In this document: one piece after another, positions 28,501 to 40,500 of the stretch
How positions within the stretch are numbered: the stretch's first letter is position 1
Layout: every line of letters starts with the position of its first letter
NCBI RefSeq assembly: GCF_964355755.1
Contig: NC_092674.1
Location: forward strand, 6,324,001-6,388,000
Reading direction: 5' to 3'
Origin: Antedon mediterranea
Taxonomy: Eukaryota > Animalia > Echinodermata
DNA length: 64,000 nt
The notes under the pieces: model-generated
Seen by the model: the letters and a program-made list of their open reading frames with translations, nothing else
What the model was told of the DNA's origin: nothing
Database searches by the model: none
Position numbers and translations under genes: made by a program

Positions 28501-31500
28501 GCATAATTAGCCTAGGCATATGTTTATTTGTATTTTATAGTTGAGGTAGTACAGGAAAGCCAAACTCAATTCGGCAAAAAATTAAACAAAGCGGACGTAT
28601 TTCATGATTATTTTGAGTTATTATAACATAGAGAGAATTTTAACTTAATTTGGCAGGTATAAAATTATAAAAACTAAAAATATGCTTACACTTAAGTAAC
28701 TCCACATAACCTGGGGTGTCAGAAACTAAAGAGAAAAAAGTAGTTTAAATTCATACCATGACCATTTCATTTATTCATTCATACATTGCGAGATCTGTGC
28801 ATTAAATTATGATTATTTATATGTTTGAAGGTTGAATACGATACCTTGGCTATTATATACATCCACTCTTGCTTTTCCTCGGCTGATTCTGCACTAAACA
28901 AGTAACTTCGGCCACTGACTACACCCATTTCAAAACAATGCTCATTTCTGGAAAATTTGGTACAATAATCATTTGTTTTTTAAAAACACTACTGTATTAA
29001 TAGCAAATTACCAGTGAAAAGTAGATTTAAACAAAATTAACTGGAATTATCAACTTACCCTGGCCTTGGTTGACTCTCCCCAATGATTTGAATATCTATA
29101 CCTTCAATGGTGTTCTTCACATATGGACTCTGTGATTCCGAAAAAATGATTAAAATTAATTTCTATTAAGCTCTGTCCACACTATCAAACTACAAAAACA
29201 AGTATGATGTGCCCAAATATGGTATTGATATGACATCATCATGTCCATATATGGGTACATCACATTTTTTGTCCCATAAAGTTTGATAGTTTAGACAGAA
29301 CTTTAAGGAGACACCCTCGGACCATAGTTTTAAAACTTATATTGCCTCCTGTTCTGTTTTCCTGAATAGAGATGTCCCAAAGAAGGTTCTACTTTATAAA
29401 TTCTGACACTATTAGATGACCCTAACCCTAACCCTAACCCTAATGCCTAATGTAGATGATGGCAAGGATACACTCGGGTGTGTTTACGACAGACAGCATC
29501 GTATGACGAGGCCCGACGAAACATCTTGACTCGTCGGTGAATCCTGATGAAACAAGCCATCTTGAGATATCGTCGGTCGTAGTTTTTAGGTCATCAGGAG
29601 ATCATTAAACATGTTTAATTTTTTCCTGACGAGACGACTCGTATGATGTTGTCTGAGTTTGAATTTGCAATACCTTTTCATCAACTGAATATGAGAACGT
29701 TCCATTCTCCAATCTACAATATCTCCTTTGGAACTCCTTTCTTCCTACGCCAGTCTTAAATAGGTATCCTGACTTCCTGTCTTCGTCTGTATCCCTCCTC
29801 GTATGTACTGGTATTGAGGGCGCTTCAGCTGTATTACCAGGGATGTACCTTGGGGGCGGCCTTTGAGTCGTAAAGTCTGTGCAACAATATAAAATCATAC
29901 ATTAAAGAAAGCAAACACATTAATTGTTTACACATTCAACTGCATTATCGCTGAGTTACTTAATAAGATTTTTTTATATTTCAATTTAAATTATTAAAAA
30001 TAAATAAAATTCTATCCAGTCAGCTTAAAGAAATAGCGTTACAAACAAAACTCCTTTTAAGGGGACACCGTCAGGATACAGCAAAGTGTCCCATTAATAG
30101 CAGTGTCCCTTGAATAGAGGTTGAACATAATGTGTTAAAAAACATATATTGGCCTCATTTATTTTATGGGTGTCCTCTTAATAGGGGTGTGCCAAAGAAT
30201 AGGGGTTTACTATATCTGGGAAGCTTGATATTTTCTGTGGTTCTTCAATCTAAATTTCGCTTTTATTTAGATGTTATATTGTATACATTTGTTATCTCAA
30301 TGGAGATTCAGCTACAGTACTTGTACACAGTACAGTCAATTTGACTTGTATCAATTATAACTATATTGTTGTAATATAAATCTGTAATTCCAAGGGCTAG
30401 ACACTTAAATGTTTTAATCTGTGATACAGATCTACAGACATACTTGTGGTTTAAACTCTTGATACAAATGAATTCTATTTACAATGAATGAAAATTTGTT
30501 TCGTAAGATTAAATGAGCATAGAATCATTTGTGAACATGGTCATCTTATTTAAATTAGATAAATTTTCAATTTCTGACTCACCTGAATCTTTGTTAAGAT
30601 GAAATATTTCCTAATAAAATACAAAAAACACTGTAATTAGTGACTAATGATAAATACATCAATTAATGTTAATTAGAAGTTGCCACATCTAAGCGTGATA
30701 CATTTCCTATAACTGAACAATAACATCATCATCTCATCATTCTATGTCTAAGGCTAGGCTTCATACTAGGATGATAACAATCGACGAAAATGTAATTGTT
30801 TTTACAAAAAACAAAAGAAAAGTTTTCAATTTCTTCAAATGCAGATATTTAATTATTTAAATACAGTAGAACCTTTATTATCTATATAACCTCTGTTGTG
30901 CTTTGACAAGATATATACAGTAGTAAATACATGTTATGTTTTTTTTATTTGTTTTTTTTACATTTTTTATATCTTTGTCACGGAATGAAAGAATGACTAC
31001 AAGTTGGCTACACCCATGACAAAAGAGAAAAAAAGAACTTCTATTAAGGGGACACCTTCAGAGGAGAGTTCCCATTAGTGTTACATGTTACGATATATAA
31101 TGTCAATGGTTGTTTAAAGGTAAAAGGTAAATTACTGAAAAAAGTACAATGCTGTGGATATCAGTGACTGGAAAAAATAAAATAGGCAAAAGGCTTTTAT
31201 CAAAATGATTAATAAGTAAAACAGCCAGAAAGAAATTAAAATGTAACAGCAACATTTAAAAATTATTATCATAACTTGAACTAATAATTATTATCATAAC
31301 TTAAACTAATAATTATTATCATAACTTGAACTAATAATTATTATCATAACTTATAGAATAAATAAATATAATTTGGCAAAAACTTGGGAATGACAATACG
31401 AGCCTGGCCATGTGTATTATCAGTAGGCTTTGGGGCTTGGTATGTAATAGTTCGACCAGGGTACAACTCTTGTCTGATAAGAGCCTTTTACAATCTAAAT

Positions 31501-34500
31501 GAAGATAGCTTTTCTAATTGAAAACTATGATAAATAATGACTCACTACAGAAATCTGAACTTTAAAAACAATTCACAATAGAAGATATTGCAACCTATTT
31601 TACAAAAATATTGAATGTATGTTTAAACTTAAAAACTACAAAAATAATTAATTCCATTCTAATTAAAAAAGCTGATTAAAAATGACATAAATAATGCATT
31701 TTGAGGTTTTCACATCCTTTCTATTTTTAATATATTAAAATTTGACATTTTCTCTCCAAAACGTCCCCCGTTTGTCCCCATCATCCCGGTTTATCATTAC
31801 AACATGGATGTCCCTGAGAATTCGCTGGAAAGGAAGTGAATTTTAATAGAATATGTTGGCACATAATGAAAAAACAAAATAAGTGATGTAATATTTAGAG
31901 ATATATTTTTATCACTTTTTATCAGATAATTGTGTTATTTTTGTGTTGTTATAGTGCTTTTCTGTGTTGGTGCAATTTTCTGTGTGTTTTTACTGTTTTA
32001 TTTATATATATGATAATATGCCAGTTTTCAAAACAAATTTCTGTTAATTCTTTTTAATGGACAAATATCAATCAATCAATCAATCAAAATAACATTTATT
32101 TCTCTTCTTGTCTTTCATAGAAAATAAAAATTAACAGTAAATATGATTAAAATAAGAGGGGCAACATTCCTAAAACGCGAAGCTTGTATAAGGCAGCACA
32201 TAGAAACTGAAAAAAAAAAAACAGGACAACACGGGAACCGGAAACAGGACAAAAACAGTAATGAAGACTTTTAGTTTCAGGGTACCGAAAAGACTAAATA
32301 TCAAAACTACAATGAGTGAAAGGATAATTAAACATAACTAGATAAGAGGTGCCGTTTCAATTTAAAAGAAAAACTCTTCTTAGACAAAGCACTTTTTATA
32401 TTAACTGGTACGTTATCCCAGAGTTTAGGACCAGTGAACTTAATGCTATGTTTAAAAGAAGTAGTTTTAAAAAAAGGAATACGTATTTGATTTGCTATGT
32501 TAATTTATCAATAAATAAAAAATAAACATGTTCCTTTATAATGTACTGAGTTCACGCCAAATTTTATTATTTTTTATTGATATGTAGGACGATAACTAAA
32601 AGTGTGTATTAAGTTAGATGATATTAAATTTTGTTTTTCACCATGCAGAACTAGAAAATAAAACAGTTGCATATGCATACAATATGAATCAAAATATAAA
32701 GCAAAAAAATAATAATAAAATAAATAATCAATTCCAACTGTATGACATTATTCCTAAATATACCAATAAATAAGATAAAAAAACATTTATAGGATAAGAT
32801 GCAAAAAAAAAATCAATTCCAATTCTGAATGAAATTATTTATAAATATACATTAAATATAATAAACACATTAGGCAAAGAACATTAATTCTAAACCGCAA
32901 GGTGATGTACTGAAATTTAATTAATTAATTTGAAACGATAAAGATGAGGAAATCTGTGAGAATGAGAAAAAGTCGCCCCAACCGAGACTTGAACTCGGAC
33001 CGCCTGCTTGATATGCAGTTGCCCTAACCACTGGGGCTTTCATGGTATTGTTCAAACTCGATTGGATAGCGACTCTTTAACACTCTCGACGTGGTACGGC
33101 GGAACAGAACTAGTCCTCAGTTGTACGCACGCGCAACAGAGATCTAATTGATACGCCCTCATCTTTCAGTATTTTTATTCACGAGGAGGGATCTCCGAAG
33201 AGATACTTTTATATATATAAACACATTAGGCAAAGAACATTAATTCTAAACCGCCCGTTGATATACTGAAATTAAATTAATTAATTTGAAACGATAAAGA
33301 TGAGGAAATCTGTGGGAATGAGAAAAAGTTGCCCCAATTAAATATAATATATATACATTATAAATAATATACAAAAAATGATATTAATTTATATATAATT
33401 TATAGTTTTATATGTTTTTTTTTTATATAAAATGTTCAATACAATTTCTCTTGTTTTAAGAGTACTCACCATTATGCTTGGGATATTTGCATGTCTAGCA
33501 ATCTCAAGAGCTGAAAATTAATAAAAAAATAACTGAAAATAAAAATACATGTCTACTTACACTAACACGCTTAATCCATGTTTGCCGCATTTTCGAGCGT
33601 TGAAAATCTGCTATAAACATTTTAATTCCAAATTTGTTCTCAGACGTACTACCCAAAAAATTAATAGACCTATAGATATTGTGACGTTTGTATATATGCA
33701 GAGAAAACAATCATGATGTTTGACACTTGAAAGCATATATCCAAATGCAGCTTACAAAAGTGTATCCTAGTAGGACACTTGGAGCAAACAATCACAAACA
33801 AACACACAATCGTTTCAATGAATATAACAAGTGCACACTTCTTTCCTGTTTCTGTATTAAACAAGAGACTTCCTTCGTTCAACGTATCAATTAAGTCGTT
33901 ATCGTACAGTAAGAGGAAGCTTAATCAACGATGACCCAGTATAAAATAGTCGCCGTACTGTTTAGTCATGTGTCTTTCCCAAGGTCGGCGGAGGGTCAGT
34001 TAAGGAAGTGAAAATCTCGGTACATTTGCAGAGATATCGTCACCAAATTAGAGTCATCTTAGAACATTCATTAAAGATAAAATGATATATATATATGTTT
34101 TTTAAAACTACATTAAAGTAAGTGTATATAAAACCTAGTTCCCTCTAGGACACAGCGCAGAGACATAAGCGCAACGCAACCAAATTGACCAATGACAAGC
34201 GACAGATCAAATAATCCATCACTTGTGATTGGTCAAGTTTCTTACATTACGCTTATGTCCTTGCGTTGCGTCCTAGTGGAAACCAAACTTAACTAAAGTA
34301 TGAAATTTCCGATAAAGTAGAACCCTTCGGACACCCCTATTCAGGGGACATCTCTATCAGGGGATGCTTTGTTAGGTCTCTGAAGGTGTCCCTTCAATAG
34401 GGATTCCACTGTATGTATATATCAGAAATGTTCTATACTGTAAAAACATTCATTAAAGATAAAATCAGTCGACATACATTGTTTTTTAAAACTAAATTAA

Positions 34501-37500
34501 ATAAATGTAGGCCTATACAATATAACTGAAGTATGATATTTCTGATACAGTAGAACCTCTCTCTTCAGGGGACTATCCGGGAATACTTTTTTAGGTCTCT
34601 GAATGTGTTCTACTGTATGTATATATCAGAAATGTTCTGTACCGTAAAAACAAAAACATACTGAGCAAAAGCTGTACTTGAAATCTACATTATGGTTACA
34701 AATCCTTTCATAGAAATATTCAACAAACAAATTCCTTGAAATTGCAAACCAAACTTAGTTCATGACACATCAACTAACAGTACTTTCTATTGTACATACA
34801 CATACATACATAATGAACAGACCATCCTATAGTAGGTACTGTACCTTTAGTAGAGACAAGAGATTATTCCAGGAATTCAAATGGAACGAACCAAAAACAG
34901 GATATAGGAAACAATATACCACACACTATCATTAAGATTCCACAACACAATGCCGTAAAAATTATTAATATGCTTTATAGGTACCAGCAAATGTGTATTG
35001 GTATTTAGTAATGTTATCAATAATAATATTGTCACAGCCCACAAAGTAAACTGTACTATCTACAAAATAACGCATTATGTAAAATACTAAAGATAAAGTA
35101 CTATATAGTAATATATATATTCATTCTAAAAAAATTTACTTCCTCAAATCAGAATGTTCAGTCTCAAATTCTTTCAGAAAATCAGACATTTGGGCAAGCC
35201 AAAGAGAGCCCGGGATCGGCAGAGTCATAATCATAGTGGTTTATACAGCAGAACTATCAGAATTTAATTATTTCCATCAATATTCCAAGAGTTTAGCCAT
35301 GATTCTTACAAGGGGTTCTTTTTTGCTCCAAGAAGGGTGATGCAAGCGTAAGCAAGCACTACAGACTAAAGTGAACTAAATCTGTTAAATACTGTTTAGG
35401 CCTAAAACCTAAAAGATGTAATTTGCTTGTTGCCTAGGTAGGATTGTCCCAATCGCTATGAGCTAAGGTCTTTTTACTAGCAGTTTTTCTGCTAATTTAT
35501 TTTTAACCCTATAAAACCTCCTCCTTCCATTCATTTAATCTTTTATTTCGGAATCTCTGGTCCATAGAAAGTAAAATTATGTATAAATTGTTTGAAAAAT
35601 AAATCAGTCCATAATATATAATTCTGTTCATAATTCATTTTAGGCAGATATAAAATGTAATTATTTATGAATTAACAAACTTTGCGACAAGCTAGAACAA
35701 AAATATTATGGCATCCTGCCATCAGTTGATGTCATGTATCACTGTTAATAAAATGTCAACGGATAGAGAGAGGATCTATCAAAAGAACTTTAACACTAGT
35801 GAATCTAAAAATAACTAATAAGGTCAATACAAATTATTTCGAAATTTGTATGACAAAAGGAAGCTAATCCTAGAAATAAGTGTACTGTAGGATAGAAATA
35901 ACTCGCAAGCAAAATAAACATTGTCGTCACAAAGGATAAATTGAAAGATTTTGCTCACAGCATTCTGAAATGGCAAATTGCTTCCCACCCACAATTATTG
36001 ATGCAAATCAACCCTCTGCATTTCTAACAGCAAAATCACCAATCCTAATTTTTATATAAAAAAACAAATTTGGGCACAAATTGAAAAGTAAAAATATCCA
36101 AGGGTAGAGAGTTAAAAGAAAAAAAGCTCAATAATGGCTGCTATCTTTGGTTTTGTTGTTTTTGATTTGCAGACAAAGGTAGATATTGATAAAACTTTAT
36201 TTATCAAAAATTGAATAGGATTTAATATATGTTGTATTGCTGCAGTAAATATCAGCGGGTTGCAATCTCTGCCAGGTTTCAAAAGAGAAAAGAATAACGA
36301 ATCGTGATAAAGATCTGTCTTTTAGTTTTGACGTACGGTCTAAAATTAGTAAAATAATGATAACAAATTCCGGAATGTCCCTAAAATTGAATGGAGTGGT
36401 CTGTGACCACAAACATGGTTTAAATATGGTAATGATTTGTCTTGTAGTTTTTACATACAGTCTAAAATTAGTAAAATAATAATAAAAAGTTTTCGAAAAA
36501 TGGAATCCTGATCCGGAATGTCCCTAAAATTGAATGGAGTGGTCCGTGACCACAAACATGGTTTAAATATGGTAATTCTAAAGTTGAAATAAATTATTTT
36601 ACTCACCTGACATTCCAACTTCAGGGTTTGTTTCCCTAAACTACAGAGTAAAAATTATATAAACAATAATTTAATATAAAATATGATTAAATAATTTAAT
36701 AAAGTATACCATTTATGAAAAAATGAACACAATTCCTGTTCATTGGGATTTCATTTAAAATACATTGTAAAATGAATCAATAATGCTAAATATTATATCT
36801 AACAGTAATATCATATTTATCTAATAACATTAATATATTTTGGTGAAAGTAAATAATTATTATGTGACAATAAAATGGCATATTCAACAAAAACATTTTT
36901 TCAGGGAGAGAATATAATTTAGTTTGTTTTATAGCAAATACCAAATTGTGAATACTTAAAATTACAAAAATAAACTTACCCTTGCTCCGGAAAATAGCAA
37001 AGTCATGACTTGATACAGGCAGTCTGCCCTGGAGGCTACACGACATAGTTCCTGTCAAGTCAAAACACATTCTTAAACTATTATTATGTTCACTTGCAAG
37101 TGGACATTTAAAAAATAATAAATATATTATTTGATCGAATAATATATTTTATTAACTTTTCTTATATCATCAAGATCAGTGCTACGACCTTGACCTTTTG
37201 ATGACCTTGACCTTTTGAAAGTACTTTTTTAATGGCAGAAAGAGTGTAAGGAAGCATAATACTGTACATCTTACAATTCAGTATTGCAACTTTAAAGCCC
37301 AACTTAGTTTCGTACGATGCAACCAGACGGACAAGTCGCCTGGGCTCATCATGTTGCACAAATCATAATATTCTTCAGACGACATCAAAACTGTCAATCG
37401 GAGAACTTGTTCACAACGGGGGTGACCCAATGTCTCATCAAGATGAACAATTCTGTCTAAGTATTAAGTTCCGACATATGCAGAGTTCTCAATTACGTGT

Positions 37501-40500
37501 GGTACTTTAGTCTCTTGGCGTGTCATAAAAAAACACCAGGCCACCGCGCTGTGTTTTGACAATCATACAGTGACAGACAACCAGAAAGGAGGGCATTTCA
37601 TGGTTTGTGGTGTCCCATAATTATAGTAAGCCAAATCACAGTGATGTAGCTGCGAGAAATAAAGTGGTTCGGTTTTTTTAGCAAGAAAAGGAAACAATCT
37701 CTGTTCAAGCCACTGGGTTGGAAGACCTCTGTGAAAAAATGGTCAGGTTGAAACCTTGCCAACCATATGGTGGCTACGACCCTGAATCAAAATTTGGTAT
37801 ATATTATTTTCTTAGTAGCATTAGCATTTATCGCCATTTCTGTACGTCCATATTTTGACCTAATTTCTTAGGAATTACGAACGTTCATTTATACTTGAGA
37901 ATCACGCATTGTACATTTGTAAAACAGACAGACTTTACTCACATTATCAAGTTCTTCTTGGCCTGAGAAAGCAGACAATGAGGATTTACAGAACATGCGA
38001 TACTTATATTTCCTTTCAATGAACTCTTTCCTCACATCGCTATAAAAAAGAATTATAAATCTTAAAATAAAATTTATCCCATTTCTTTTTAGCTTGTTTA
38101 TATTAGTAGTTTACTAACCACATAATCTGAAAACCCAGTAATAGCAACATAAAAACATTACTACATTTGGCCAAACTGGGAACCTTTAACAAGTAATAGT
38201 AGAACTCTTTCAAAAGGCAGAGCTTTTCAACTTTCCCCTCTAAACTCATTTTATTCCTATATAAAGCTTTGTCTACACTATCAAACTTTATGTAATGTGC
38301 CCATTTATGAACATGATGATGTCATATCACTACTATATTTGGCCATATCACTACCATATTCGGGCACACTTTTTTGGAATTTATATTGGTTATGGTTATT
38401 TAAAACTGGTATACTTACACTGAAGCGTCTGGTTTGGGCTTTTTGAAGTTTTCTAACCTAGCTTCCCAGAATGCATTGATTTTGTTTCCGACTGTTATCA
38501 TTATCTCTTGTAGTGCAGGTGTCCAAACGTTGATGTCCATTTTGACCGATTTGACGTTGAATTGCAGTTTACGGTGTGCCCCTGAAAATATGAGAATACA
38601 AAGATAATAAAATCGTATTTCAGATAGTCTTACTAGCAAAGTTACCCGCCCAAGAGTGGGTACTCTTTTAAAGTATAGTTTAACAATACAATTGCAGTCA
38701 TTTTGATACCCCATGTGTATGAATCTGTATAATAGAACAAACTTTTAAATGAAAAGTGTGAAATTCAGAAGACCATTTTGGTCACTATAATTAGATCCAA
38801 GATGATGGATATAATGTTCAAAAGTCACATATACCTTCCCAGTACAATTCTGGTCTAGCTATCAATCCTATAAACCTAAGCATGTGATACTATTGTTTAA
38901 ATATTATGAAGAGAGGCACAGGAGACTCAGCTACTTTGAAATCAAACAAACTTTTTCTATGTGTGAATCAGAATTAAATGCATGTTGGTAGCCACACAAA
39001 AAGAACATTAAATTTGTTCATGTGTGAATAGGATGCATGTGTATTTTAGATTTCTCATACCTGAACAGGTTTTGCAAATAATCACACCAAAGTTAACTGT
39101 TGACCAGTCAGGTTCTATAAATAGAAATGACATCATTACATCAGACAATGTTTAATAATCCCTGAACACCAATCAGACAATACTACATTTAACCCACATC
39201 TGACCTACTTTAAATGACCTAAATTTATAATAACTTCTGTTAATGGTAGAATGAAATACTGTGGGCTAGACTGATTAAGATTACTTAACTAAAGCTCTGT
39301 CTACACTATCAAAATTTATGTGACAAAAAAATGTGATGTGCCCATAACATGGACATGATGATGTCATATCACTACCATTTTTGGGAATATCACTACCATA
39401 TTTGGGTACATTACACTTTTTTTGTCAAAGAATTTGATAGTGTAGACAGAGCTTAAGAATACAAACTGACAATATATTCAAATCACTGTAAATTGGTTTA
39501 AATACTAGAATTTAAAAAAAATATATAAACACACACAAACCTGGCGTTCCACAGTCAGCACAAAATTTGTTATCTATATTTTTTTGGATGGCATTTAAAA
39601 CCTAAAACAGAACAAACATTAAATTGATGAATTATGACAATATTTTTTTTTAAATTGATCATATCACAATTAATCAACTGCAGTTACAACAGTAATCTTA
39701 TAACCATGTCATTTTTCTAATTTTAGTTTTTATATAGAGAGGTTTCGCAATCTTACGAATACGATAATGAAAACGGATACGTCACGCACACATATTCGTT
39801 TTCGTAAGCCATAAAAAAATCTGTTTCGCATGGCAATGAAATATTGAGGTGCGTCCAAAATATGACTGTGGTAAATTTGAGCGAAGCGAAGGTACGTGTT
39901 GCTTGGTGCTTGGCTGCCTAGGCCTAGCGTAACGTCAAAGCGAGGACTTTAAAAACTGCTATTTATCTAAATTGACCTGGCATTTTAGTAAATTAATTTA
40001 GTAAATTACTTTCAATAAATCTATAATTATATTATAATCATGAATCATTCCTACGGTAATTCAAATGCAAAATAGATCAAAAACTATACTCGTTTTGTAG
40101 TTACGAATATGACTGGTGATATTCGTCAACACGAATACGCTTTACGAATATGAAATGGGGATCAGCTCCAAAGTTTCACAAATGTATGACGTATCCGTTT
40201 TTGTTATCGTATTCGTATGGTTGCGAAATCTCCCTATTGTATTGATATTTATTACTGTTAAGTGTTATATTTGTCTGTGTGTGTGTAATTTAAGCATCAA
40301 GGAAAACCAATTTCATGTTCGCCTTGTTGTGGTCAATGATAAAGGTTTATCTTATCTTATCCTCTTTTTTTTAATACTTTAAACCTGTCTATGCAATCAT
40401 TTAGGAAGCTTTTTGAGGTATTCATACTTCCTCATAAACTTCTAAATTGAAACACAAAATCATTCATTATTGCAATATGGATTTGAGTAATATTATATTT

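Noticed and set aside
29420-29443. (CCCTAA)4 telomere-type repeat
   Set aside because: Too short to indicate a fusion or healing site; probably part of a small repeat element.
36330-36576. ~100-bp imperfect duplication near a micro-exon (similar one at 7589-7879)
   Set aside because: Purely non-coding, with no splice site or coding sequence copied; ordinary local duplication.
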